A DNA stretch of 64,000 nucleotides from Okamejei kenojei (taxonomy: Eukaryota). The stretch covers positions 52,390,001-52,454,000 of the forward strand of contig CM069136.1 in assembly GCA_035221665.1 (NCBI GenBank), read 5' to 3'. The notes under the pieces were generated by a model. It searched no databases, was not told the origin of the DNA, and was given only the letters and a program-made list of their open reading frames with translations. Positions 11,725 through 23,632 of the stretch are shown one piece after another. The stretch's first letter is position 1, and each line of letters starts with the position of its first letter. Position numbers and translations under genes: made by a program.

Positions 11725-14700
11725 TCTTTCATTTTTTTTGAATATATATTTTTTTTATTAGAGTATATAGACAGTGGATTAGCAAACATAAATCATGATA
11801 AAATATTTCATGTTCAACAAGCATACACTATTAATATTAACATTGTATCATTTTGGACTCTAATAGTTGTTTTTTAATAGAGAAAATTACACTTACAAAA
11901 TAGAAATATAGAAATCAATAACCTGAGAAAAAATCATAAAGAAAGGAATAATTTACTATTAATACATCGAAGAGAATAAGATCAAAGAATATAAGATATA
12001 ACATTTCATCTATCCTAAATCCAAGTTTCAGTTAGGGTTCCCTGCCGAGACCATTCTACCCTTTTAAGTAATTCAATGAAAAAGACCATGTTTCTACACA
12101 AAAACTTATTGTTTGTCCAATAAGGCAATCGGATTCCTTTTCCAGGTGTAGGGTCAAACGACATTCCATCAATCCACATTTTAATTGTGGGGGATTATAG
12201 GCCTTTCCAAACATGGAAATTAATTTCTTCCCAATTATTATACTGTAGTCTAGGAAATTTTTTTGGCTTGTTTAAGAGTTAAACTTTGTCTGATGCTCCA
12301 AGTATTATTAATTTTGGGGTCTCCGGATCCAGTTTAGTATTTAATAACTTCAGAAGTTTAATTTAAAATCTCAGTCCAGAAATTCTTTAATATTTATAAC
12401 TTAGCAAAATTATGTGTTAAATTAGCCTCTAGATGTTGAAATTTATCGGGAAGATTCAAATTTAGTTTAACTTTGGAATAATTAGTCTAATGTAAAACAT
12501 TTAAATTGTAATTAGAGCATGTCTGGAATTTAGCGATCATTGATGTAAGAATTGTAACTTTCATCCCATAAATCTTCGTATATATTGATTTATTTCATTT
12601 TCCCCATGTGTGTCTATATGATCCGTTGATGTATCTCACTAGCTAAAGGGTGTTGTAAATATAAGTTTTTCATTTTTCTGTATAGGATGATTATGTCGAC
12701 ATTCATCTAAGATTTCGGTTCCCATTCCCTATAATCTTGTTAATTTGACTAACATAATCTCTAGTTGCAAGTAATCGAAAAAAATTATTTGAGTGTAACC
12801 CATAAATCTGTTCATTCTTGAACACGAGAGATAAGTCCTTTTTTGTAGGTGTTCCACCCTTTTGATTCCATAGTTTTTCCCATTGTATAAAGCCTTTATC
12901 TAGTAAGGCAGGTTTGAATAAGGACTTTAATTCTACAATAGGGTGGTATATTGTCCCGTTTTAGAGCCTTTTTAAGTTGTTTTCAGTTACGTATACACTA
13001 TATATTATAGGTTTTCCCAGAATTTTTTTGTGCAATTTTGTCGGTGCAAAATATAATCGACTGATTCAAAAGGTAACAGTCCTCCTTTTCCATCCTTAAC
13101 CATTCTGGTTGTGAATCCATTTCTTCCAGCCAAAAATTCAATTTTTTAATATAAACTGCCAGAAATAGAACAAAAAGTTGGTAGAGCTCAACCTCCATTA
13201 ATCTTTGATTTACATAAATGTTTTTTATTTTATTTTAGATTCATGTAGTCCCAGATTAAACTTTTACAGTGGAGTCTAATATAGGCGGGAGGCGGGAGGA
13301 ATTAATTTTGAATATATATCGGAATGGATTGAAATACCGTACAATGAATTTAGAGCGGAAAAAATCATTTTATAAGCATTAATTCTAGCCGACGCGCATT
13401 GAGATATGGACAAGTGGTTTTTCCATATAGAATATGAGTCTTATGTATTTATTAATCTAAAGGTGAAAATTTGATTTAAATAAAGAGCGATACCCCTTAG
13501 TTACATAAATACCAACAATATTTAAATTTATGTCAACTATTTTAAAAGGTGATTGTTGTAGTATATGTATATTATATCCGTATTGACATGATTTCGCTTT
13601 TTTCCAATTAATTCTATAATCCTTAAAAATTGACCGAATTGAGTTATTAATTTAAAAAATTTGGAAATGGCTAATTTCCGGGCTTTGTAATATATATTAG
13701 TACACTCATCTTCATATAGAGAAATTTTTATTTGTTTTAATCTTTATATTGTACCCATGTATTTCTGGATTTAGATCTGACATTTTCCTGCAAGCGGTTC
13801 ATGCTAACGCAAATAATAATGGAGATAACGAACATCCTTGTCTACCAAGCCTCTGGAAAGATTAAAATTATAGTTGATAACATTTGATTTTGTTAGTATT
13901 CTAGCTGTTGGGTTTAGAATTATAACAGTTAATCCTCAAAATTTAACCTTAATCCTCAATTAAAAGAACAGTATGTTGTGAATAACTTGTAAAACAGATT
14001 AATATGATCTTCGAGATCAACCATCCCAAAATCTCTGCTTCCCTTCTCTGGAAACATTCAAAGCATTTACATGAGGGGTATTAATCTCCTCTCAGGCATT
14101 CTTAACAAGAGAATAGAGCCAAACAACAGACATTGTAATTGGAAATAAAACAATTAGACATAGAAAACGCAAGAACCCCTTCATTGGTAAAACATAATAA
14201 AATGTAAATTTAAATAAAAATATACTCCGACCAAATACTTAATCAAAAAATAAAATAAAACATATAAATTTCACAAATCAACAACATACAAAACAATTAA
14301 ATTTTTGAATTTGGTGATAACCACACAAACTATTGGCACGCGCAAAAACAACTTCGAAAACTGGATGGAGAAAAAATGATTCATAAGATTAGATCAGAAA
14401 AGGAAAAACACTAACACTGCCCAAAGATATTAATGACAGATTTTTTAAATACAATACTCCCTTATCAAGATCTTTATTCAACTAAAGTGATCACAACAAT
14501 CAATAGGAAATTAAGCATATTTTTACAGAAATGCAACCTTAAAGGCTTTAGATCTGCAAGAACAGGAATTTATTAGGAGCTGAAATAACACGGCCAAAGA
14601 TATTGAAGAGTCAATTAGATCTTTAAAAAATGGAAAAGGCCGCTGGCCCTGATGGCCTAAGCTCTGAATTCTATTAAAAAATTTATGATCTGATTTCTCC

Positions 14701-15129
14701 TCGCTTACAAACACTGTATAACATGTTTTATACTCAACAGCAACTCCCGAAACTTTAAATGAATCTACAATAATACTGATACCTAAAATTGATAAGGATC
14801 TAGAAGACCCGGCCTCATATAGAGCAATAGCTCTATTAAATACTGATCATAAAATATTAACTAAGATCCTATCTAATAGATTGAGCTTAGTAATTAACAA
14901 ATTGAAACATCCTGATCAAACAGGTTTATCCCTAAACGTCCACTCCATTTATATAACCTTAGACGATTGTTTTAATATTATATATTCAAACAAATTGCTA
15001 ATGAAGATCTAGCAATTTATATCGCTAGATGCTGAAAAAGCCTTTGATCAAGTAGATTGGCCATATTTATTTCAGTGATGGAAAAAAAATCTCAATTGGG
15101 AGAGAAGTACTCTCTGCGCATGGGTTAAC
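11725..15129 (-). mobile_element. L1 insertion with inverted 5' segment (about 13990-15129 on + strand) and 15-bp TSD
   Basis: T-rich tail at left; minus part matches the L1 3' end at 44292-44936; plus part encodes PDQTGF and LDAEKAFDQVDW; TGAGTTTTGACATTT at 11710-11724 and 15130-15144. Confidence 0.88.
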
Positions 15130-15262
15130 TGAGTTTTGACATTTCCGTTGGTCACAGAATTTCTCATGACAGAGCATGAGAAATTTGTGATTAGCGTGAG
15201 AGCATGAGAATTTGTCCAAATGCGTGATTCTCACTCTCAAAGCCTGAGAGTTGGCAGCCCTG

Positions 15263-15600
15263 GTATACAGTGTCACGGGTTTGGAGCCATTTGCAAATCC
15301 CAGTTGTTGTAAGTCTTGGTTCTGACCTGACCATGAAGGTCTGTTGTCCTGGCGGCGTTACAGGGTCAGGCTGGCCAAGTGCAGCCATTGGAGTGCTCCA
15401 CCATTGTAGGCCGCGCCCAGACCAGCCGCGCCCCAGGCTGCTGCAGGGCCTCCAACTATCGAGGCCATACAATCCCTCCTGCCGTCGGTCTGCTTACCGG
15501 CCCTCCAGGTGGGTTCCTGTGGGTCCTCGATCCACAGCGGGCGAGCTGCTTTCAAGTGTCTGTATCTTCTGCCTGACAGGAGCGGGAGAAGAGGGGATGA
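15263..15600 (-). repeat. Unclassified interspersed repeat, continuing from 6705-6853; a related copy lies at about 55395-55740
   Basis: Shared GTTGGAGGCCCTGCAGCAG and CAACTGGGA.TTG.AAATGGC blocks. Confidence 0.6.
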
Positions 15601-15999
15601 TCACGATGGGAAAAGTCTTTCTAATCATTTTTGTAAAGATGTTGTGGATTAATTTTGTTTTACCTCATTCAACTATTATGAAAAAGCGATTCACTGATCT
15701 GTTCCTTTGCATGATTAGATTTATGTTAGACTATCGAGATGAAGGCAGGAGTGCATTTTTAGTGACTCTGCCTCTTCAAGATTCCTATTAAAACACAGCT
15801 TTGCAAATTATCCTTCACGGCTCGGTCAATATTTCCTGAACTGAAAGCCACGAGTTTGGGAAGAATTGAACCGGAAGAACCTCAATTTACCAGTTTGGCC
15901 ACAATGGTGCAGTTAATTTTTTCAGAACTTGCCCTTTTAATGAATGCACACAGGATGGAAATGAAAATGTTTTCAATACATTAACTAAAGAATTGTCAG

Positions 16000-16345
16000 T
16001 TTTATCCAGTCAGCGGAAAGATAACCCAACAGTGTGTTTTTATAGTGCATCTGTGGAAGTTTGTATGAGTCATTGGAGACATGCTGAGCTTTGTCAGTCT
16101 CATAGGGAGGTAGAGGCATTGATGTGTCTTTTTGGCAGGCACGTCTATGTGGTTAGACCTCGACAGGTTGTTGGTAATATTAATGCCAAAGAACTTAAAG
16201 CTCTCAACCGTTTCCTCTTCAGAACAATTAATGCTCATCAGGGCTATCTGAATCACACTATCTGAAGTCAGTAACTAGCTCCTTCGTCTTGCTGGCATGA
16301 GGGAGAGGTTATTGTCCTGACACCATGTTACTTAGTTCATTATCT
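16000..16345 (-). mobile_element. Old Rex1/Babar-like LINE RT fragment
   Basis: ETVESFKFFGINITNNLS...AKKTHQCLY, similar to ORF 33107-34246. Confidence 0.75.
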
Positions 16346-17299
16346 CCTTTCTGTGCTATTAGTTCTCTATTTCTTCCCTGTGCTTGACATCCGGTAGTGT
16401 AGGTTTTTGATGGGGAGATTGCAGCTGGCACTCTGTCCCTGGTCAATTTTCAGAGTGAAATTCCAGATATGTAACCAGGACATGCCAAACCTTAGATAAT
16501 ATTTAAGATCTTAGATAAGATTGGAAGGTCAATGGCTGGGTTGGCTTTGGGAATTGGCACCAAGTTCGGCAGGAGCAGTTGACCTCAAGACCCTCAATAG
16601 TTTAACGTCACCCTAGTTGGCTTTGAAAAGGTTGGGTTGAGAAAACAAAACCAAATAGTCATTGAGTCATACAGCGTGGAACCATTACCTAAATTGCCAA
16701 CACCAACAACATGTCCCACCTACACTAGTCCCACCTGCATTACGTTTGGACCATATCCCACTAAACATATCCCCTCCATGTACATGTCTAAAGGTTTCTT
16801 AAACGTTATGATCGTACCTGCCTCAACTACCTCCTCTGGCAGATCATTCCATAGATCCACTAATTTTTGCTTAAAATAAAATTACCCCTCATCTAAATAA
16901 CTAAAAATCTCATCTTGATCACTTCCTGTCTGCGCTGTATATTGATTTAGGAGAAATGCTACCATATATCGCTATGACTTTTGGCCATCTTACAGTCCTC
17001 CTCCGCTGAGGGAACCCTGAGGGTTTTTCCGATCGATGAAAAATAAAAAAGTTATGAGTGTTTAAAAAATCTTGAGATCAGCTGATTGGTCTTCTCTCCT
17101 GTCCATCATCACAATGAAGGTAACGCCCCTTCAGGACCATAAAACCCCAGTTGCCTGGACGTGAGTCAGTCGCTCTGGAAGATCGCAAGGGAGAGTCCAC
17201 GACTGTGATTCTAAGCTGTGAATCAACTGAAATTTGAGTCTGCAATCTACTTGCAATAAATGATTTGTTAGCCCTTAATGACAATGCAATGAGTTGTTT

Positions 17300-17665
17300 G
17301 GCTATTTGATGGCCTGCACTCTGCTTGAAATGCTTTGAAATTGAATTTGCTGGCCTGCACTCGGCTTGTAATGCTTTGAAATTGAATTTGGTGGCCCGCA
17401 CTCTGCTTGAAATGCTATGAAATTGAATTTGGTGGCCTGCACTCTGCTAGAAATGCTATGAAATTGAATTTGGTGGTCTGCACTCCGCTTGAAATGCTAC
17501 AAAATTGAATTTGGTGGCCTGCGCTCTGCTTGAAATGGTGTGACTGAATTTGGTGGCCTGCACTCTGTTTGGAATGCTATGAAACTGAATTAGGTGACCT
17601 GCACTATGCTTGAAATGCTATGAAACTGAATTTGGTGGCCTGCACTCTGCTTTAAATTGAATTTC
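17300..17665 (+). repeat. 41-bp tandem repeat, about 8-9 units, inside the Helitron
   Basis: AATTGAATTTGGTGGCCTGCACTCTGCTTGAAATGCTATGA units. Confidence 0.95.
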
Positions 17666-17674
17666 AAGGAATTG

Positions 17675-17934
17675 CCTGAGTGAACTGCCAGCCCACCAGC
17701 CCTGAGTGACTGATCTGCCAGCCCACCAGCCCTGAGTAACTGAGCTGCTAACCCACCAGCCCTGAGAAACTGGGCTGCCAGCCCAGCAGTCCTGAGTGAC
17801 TGAGCAGCCAGCCCACCAGCCCTGAGTGACTGAGCTGCCAGCCCACCTGGCCTGAGTGACTGAGCTGCCAGCCCATCAGGCCTGAGTGACTGAGCTGCCA
17901 GCCCATCAGGCCTGAGTGACTGAGCTGCCAGCCC
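17675..17934 (+). repeat. 30-bp tandem repeat, about 8-9 units, inside the Helitron
   Basis: CCTGAGTGACTGAGCTGCCAGCCCACCAGC units. Confidence 0.95.
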
Positions 17935-19519
17935 AAGAATCCATTCAGCCCACAATGTCCATACTAGCCCTCTGCAAACCAGTCCCTTTGGCTTACAGCG
18001 CCCATACTAGCACACCAGACCCCCCCCCCCCACTGGCCACCAATATTAGAATTGGTGGAGAGGTGGAATATTGCATTGGGGGACCAGCCCTCCCGTGTCA
18101 ACATGGGACCCAATGGGTCCCACAGTCTAGTGTTCCTATTATATCTTTCCCTCCTCACTTTAAACCTTTGTCCTCTGGTTCATAATTCCTCTACTCTGGG
18201 CAAGATGCATGCTGCTGTTAGAATGAATGGCAAGGCAGGTAGGAGTGGAGAACCCTGGATGATGAGAGAAGTTGAGGCTCTGGTCAGAAAATGAAGGAGG
18301 CTTGAGTTGTGATAGAGTCTCTTTGCATTTACCCAATCTATTCCTCTCACGATCTTGTACACGTCCATAAGATCACCCGTCATCATCTTGCCCTCCAAGG
18401 AATAGAGTCCTAGCCTGCTCAACTGCTCCCTATAACTCAAGCCGATGAGTCCTGGCAATGTCCTCATAAATCTTCTCTACACCCCTTCCAGCGTGACAAC
18501 ATCTGTCCTGTAAAATGTTGCCCAAAACTGAAGAAGACTCACCAAAATCTTACGTGACTGCAACATGCCCCCCCCCCCCATCTCCTCTACTCCGATTGAC
18601 GAAGGCCAAGGTGCCAAAAGCCTTTTTGACCATCTATATACCTGCAATGCCACTTTCAAGGAATATATATATTTCTTAATATGGGCTCTTCATATTTGCT
18701 TGGTGCATGAACCATGAAATTACTCAAATAGACGACTGAAATGATCTGTTGAAAAGCAGACTCAACACCATGAATATTTAGGTGTTTGTCAGTGCCATGC
18801 GTATAATTATTTCTTTCATTTTATTACAATGGTTCTCTTCCTTGGTGATCTCTCAAGCAGATGGTTCTCTGTGATGATTTGCTGGTTGTTGCCATGGTGT
18901 ACGTCCTTCCCTTCTCTCTTCAGGACATTCCATCTTTCTACGATAATCTTTTGGGAAAACCCCTTTGTTTAATTGTCTGCACAAAATTCTGAGCAGATCC
19001 TGACAAATTTAGTGATGGCCTCCCCTGGGCTGCTGTCAGTGTTCATATTAAGAAAATGGCCCCAGGTATTAGTGGCCTCAATATCAACTCTATTTATTCC
19101 TTTCTCTATGCAGCATGCATCAGTGATCTATTGTGTTACATTAGTCAATTTGTCTTGTCTTAGATGGTTTATAACCCTGCAACAACAAACATCACCAATG
19201 ATTTAGGCTCCAAAAATATTGAAGCTTAGAAACATTAAGAGGGTTATGATATAAGGATAAACTTGTTAATTTTTGCAGTTTTTATTTTCCTGGCCAGTTT
19301 GACAATTTTCCTGGAGGATGTACAAATCTTAGAAGAACCACCATTTATTTATAATTTATTCCCCACTATAGTGTAATTCAGTAGGAACATTGTTTTCAGT
19401 AGGAACATTGAAAATAGCGATTTTGTATTTTTCTTGTTAGCAACTAAGTGTTCAGTTATTGATATAAAAAATCTGAAAATTATATGACAGTTAAGGGACA
19501 TTCGACATTTCCGACTGCT

Positions 19520-19625
19520 CCAACGGTCAGGAAAGAATGTATGAACTCCATACAGACAGCACCCATAATCAGGATCTAACCCAGGTCTCTGGCACAGCAA
19601 GGCAGCAACTATATTGCTGCACCAG
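19520..19625 (-). mobile_element. V-SINE/HE1-type SINE 5' fragment
   Basis: tRNA-like head matching full copies. Confidence 0.7.
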
Positions 19626-20065
19626 TGTATCAGCCTAGCACCAAACAATAACCTGGCTGCAGAACTGAAGAACTGTGCTGCAGAGCTAGTCACATTTTCA
19701 GCCAAGCTGTTTTGCTGCAGTTAAAGCATTGACATTCACCCAACAATGTACAAAGCCATTCGGATTTATCTTGCTCAAGGAAGTATTTTTCAAAAAAACA
19801 TAATTTCCAATGAGGCTACGCTCAATCATCGCCATAGTGATGAAAGGTGACACTGTGCTGCAAAGTAACATTTATTCTGCAATATCTCCCTAACTGAAGC
19901 CCATTTTGGGTATTGCTGGGATTTCTTGATTTCATCACAGTAAAGAGCTGGTACTTTGGCACCAATCTACCTTTTGATTAAGTGCGGCATGAAGGCACCA
20001 TGACAACTGAAGTCAATGGCAGCAAGGGAAAATACAATAGGTAGTTAGAGAATTACAGTTGGAGA

Positions 20066-20255
20066 GCGGCACAGTGGTGCAGCTGCCATACAGCACCAGA
20101 GACCCGGGTTCAATCTTGATGACAGATGCTGTCCGTACAGAGTTTGTACATTCTCTCTGTGACCACACGGTTTTCACCAGGTGTTCCGGTTTCCTCCCAC
20201 ACTCCAAAGACATGCAAGTTTTCGAGGTTAATTAGCTTCTGCTTCTGTGCAATTG
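20066..20255 (+). mobile_element. V-SINE/HE1-type SINE
   Basis: GGCACAGTGG A-box, GGTTCAATC B-box, GGTTTCCTCCCACA core. Confidence 0.85.
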
Positions 20256-20450
20256 TTTGCATCTCAACTATGAGAAACTATTTTATTTTGAAGTCACGTG
20301 AGTGACTACGTGAAGAGCCCGCCAGCCTGCATGCGCGTCAATACATCTAACGCATTGCGCACGACATGTTTAAAAGCCTCACAGGTAAGTGTGAAACTTG
20401 CTCTGAGGTACTTTGGTATATGTATTTTTTCAACTACAGTCTCTAGAGTT

Positions 20451-21605
20451 ATGGAAAAACCTAGGACCAATAAACCTAGACGGGCCGCGGCGAAATCGGC
20501 TGCAGAAGACCGCGGGAGTGCGTGAAGCCGGCGGCCATCTGTTTTATCTTCAGAGTCGCTGGCAGTTTGTTCAGCTACTTCGGATTTAGTTCTTACAAGA
20601 AGCAGCTTGCCAACCCCGAAGGGGGGTAAAGCCAAACCAAAATCTATCAGGCATGTACTCTCTGATGATTCAGGCCAGGAGGATTCTCCTCCAACATCAA
20701 TGAGTGATGTGTTAGGCCATTTATCACAAATGGAGCACCTCATGGAGAGGATGCTGACACACAGTATGCTCCGTGGTACAGAGGCATATCCAGGCAGCTC
20801 TATGCTAACGCCTGCTGCAACTCCTGGTACAGGGCTGCTTATTTCCTCCCACTCAGATGAGGGGAGTTTCGGAGATCATTATACAGCTGACTCCGAATAT
20901 GGATGTGTGTTGGTGGCTCATGCTGTGCATGATATGCGTGAGTCGCATATACAAGACTTACCTGCTCTTGCCTCCAAATTAGCTGTTCCTTCACAAACAG
21001 GAAAACCACTTCTTGAGGAAATGGCCTCAAGCATCAGCTACCTTATTTCCCACCAACTAAAAGAAGAAACTATGGTGGAAACGGCTGCTAAATACCCCAC
21101 TCCAGAGAATTGTGCAACTATAAATGCGCCTTTGGTCAACGCCTCTATTTGGGGTTATATTGGGGCCAACATCAAAGCCAAAGAGATGAAGCTCCAACGC
21201 ATCCTGAAATTATTGTCTACAGGCATCACGGCTTTTGCCAGATCGATTGATGGCGGTCCATTATCTGATGTTCAGCAAGATTCAATGCCGCTGATGTGCA
21301 ACGCCCATTTTGAGCTAAATTGTTTCCGGAAGGACGACATCAGGCCAGTACTGAACCCTAAGTTCGCACATCTGTGCAGGACCAGTAATGTTCAGCCTCC
21401 CAATCTCGTCTTCGGAGAAGACCTGAGTAAACAGGTCAAAGACTTGCACGACGAATCTAGAGCAGCAGGATTGATTAAGGCATTTCCTATGGGCAAGTCT
21501 CCGCTCTTCCGACATCAGCACCCCAACGTCTCTTCTAGCAAAAGTAGTTTTCTGAAGCCAGTGGGAGCTCCAGATTTGTTCCACCCAGTCACAGGTCTTT
21601 TTTAG
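20451..21605 (+). pseudogene. DIRS gag-like ORF1
   Basis: 332-aa ORF 20607-21605 (YPTPENC..INAPLVNASIW, IRPVLNPKFAHLC, LVFGEDL); upstream ATG at 20451 separated by a stop. Confidence 0.85.
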
Positions 21606-21770
21606 GCCTAGGCCCATCCCGCCCATCATGGAAGATGCGGTAGCCTCACGCCCCAGCAGCTCAACCCTTCAGAGCAAGAGGAGGAAAGCAAATCCAGATT
21701 AGGGTCCGCTGGGCCTGGTATCAAACCACCCGTAACCGTTGAGGTAGGTGGGTCTGGTTCTATCAGTCAC

Positions 21771-23632
21771 ATGGGGTGTGAGGAGCAATTACAAGTTGGT
21801 GGTAGGTTAAGTTTGTTTTTGCATGAATGGCGACAGATAACTTCAAATCCATTTATATTGCGTAGCAGAAAGGGTTTCAAAATTGATTTTTTGTCGAGCT
21901 CATTTCCATCCACACAAGATGCGTCAAGTCGGTCATATACTTGTTCGAAACAAGAGGCTTTGGATATGCAAGTGGATATACACGCATTGCACAAAAAAAG
22001 CAGTAATTGAGAGATCAATTTATGAAAAACATCAATACGTCTCTAATATATTCTACAGGGAGAAGAAATATAGTGGATGCCTTATCATCCTTGATTTGGC
22101 AAAATTCAACACATATGTGCAATATAGATTTAAAAATGGAAAATGTCTTTACTGTTAAGCAACTAATCTCTGACGGCTGCTTTATGGCATGCATCGATTT
22201 CAAGGATGCATATTATATGGTTCCGATTCACAAGAATCATCGGAGATATCTGAAGTTTAGCTGGATGGGACAGCTGTGGCAGATTAAAGTATTACCTAAT
22301 GGGTTAAACTCAGCTCCTTGGTTCTTTACCAAACTGCTGAGGCCAGAGCTCGGTCTGGTCAGAGCTAAAAAACATATTGCTATGGGCTATTTGGATGATA
22401 TTCTGATCATAGGGAGAACACTATATTTGGCAAAACTAGCTGTTTCAGCTACGAAGCTCATATTTGAGAAATTGGGGTTTATCATCCATCCAGCCAAATC
22501 CAGGTTAATACAAACAATGCCTATTGATTATTTAGGGTTTACTATTAACTCAATAGAAATGTCTGTGACCCTACCTGAGGGACAGAGACTGGATTTAACG
22601 GAAGCCTGTAATAACCTTCTGATTACAGAAGAGCCATCTATTCGCCAGATGGATAGAGTAATTGGCAAAATAGTGGCTCTTTCCAGCCGCTTGATTTGGG
22701 CCTTTGCATTATCAAAATCTGCAGCGTGCAAAGGATCAGGCACTTAAATTCCATTTAGGTCATTTCGACATACCTATGCAATTGTCGTCTATATCTAAAG
22801 CAGAGTTATAATGGTGGACGACCAATATTCAACATTGCTCCCGCGGCATTTTGTTTAGTAAACCTTTAATTGTACTTCAGAGTCATGCAGGTGCACTGGG
22901 ATGGGGAGCTCTAACACCATTTCTAGTTGCGGCGGTAGATGGAACATGCACGAGTTACCATTTATCCGCCAAGATGGTATCCATTACCTGGAAATGCTAG
23001 GTGCATTCTATGGTTTAAAGGCTTACTGTGGGAAGCTATATGATGTGCATGTTAGACTTCAAATCGATAACACTATAGCGGTGGCATATATTAATCATAT
23101 GGGTGGAATCAAATCAGTATCCTGTGATGATTTAGCTAATCTCACTTGGAATTGGTGTATAAACAGAAGGATTTGGATCTCAGCTGCTTATTTGCCAGGT
23201 AGATTTAACACGGTGGCAGTTTCTAGATCTCATAAATTTAATGACTGCACTGAGTGTTAAATCACGAAGTGTTTAATGACATTATTGCTCGTTATGGAAC
23301 ACCTGATATTGATTTGTTTGCATCCAGGCTTAATCACCAATTGCCAAGATATGTAGCATGGGAGCCAGACCTAGGGGCGGAAGATATAGATGCATTCTCA
23401 TTAGCCTCGGGGGGAATGTTCTTCTATGCCTTCCCTCCATTTTGCCTCATCGGTCGGTGCTTGCAAAAAATCAAGCAAGATCAGGTATTATAGTAGTGCC
23501 TAACTGTCCTACGCAACCATGGTTCCCTTTGCTGTTCGAAATGCTAACAGAACCGCATATGACTATTCGTTAACATAAATACTTGCTTGTTCATCCCGTG
23601 TCTTGGGAGTCTCATCCTCTGCATCACAGAAT
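21771..23632 (+). pseudogene. DIRS pol: RT, RNase H and DNA N6-adenine methyltransferase-like domain, frameshifted
   Basis: VGGRLSLFLHEW, IDFKDAYYMVPI, LPNGLNSAP, YLDDILI, IDNTIAVAYINHMGG, DIDLFASRLN, YAFPPF. Confidence 0.92.

Larger units (their letters stand above)
6854..15262. mobile_element. hAT-like DNA transposon (13-bp TIR, 8-bp TSD) carrying nested insertions; no recognisable transposase
   Basis: CAGGGCTGCCAAC at 6854 and GTTGGCAGCCCTG ending 15262; GTATACAG at 6846-6853 and 15263-15270; the flanks join into one repeat also seen inverted at about 55600-55740. Confidence 0.85.
16892..18130 (+). mobile_element. Non-autonomous Helitron
   Basis: 5' TC, 3' CTAG, inserted between A and T with no TSD; hairpin TGGGACCCA-A-TGGGTCCCA at 18104-18122. 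Confidence 0.9.
16657..18660 (-). mobile_element. CR1 LINE 3' part split by a Helitron
   Basis: LSYREQLSRLGLYSLE...DLMDVYKIVRG; sequence rejoins across 16892-18130 when compared with the copy at 50090-50510. Confidence 0.85.

Noticed and set aside
17300-17934. CRISPR-like array or repeat protein (GLAAQSLRAG)n ORF
   Set aside because: Head-to-tail tandem repeats without unique spacers, no cas genes, eukaryotic context; the ORF is a by-product of a 30-bp unit inside a Helitron.
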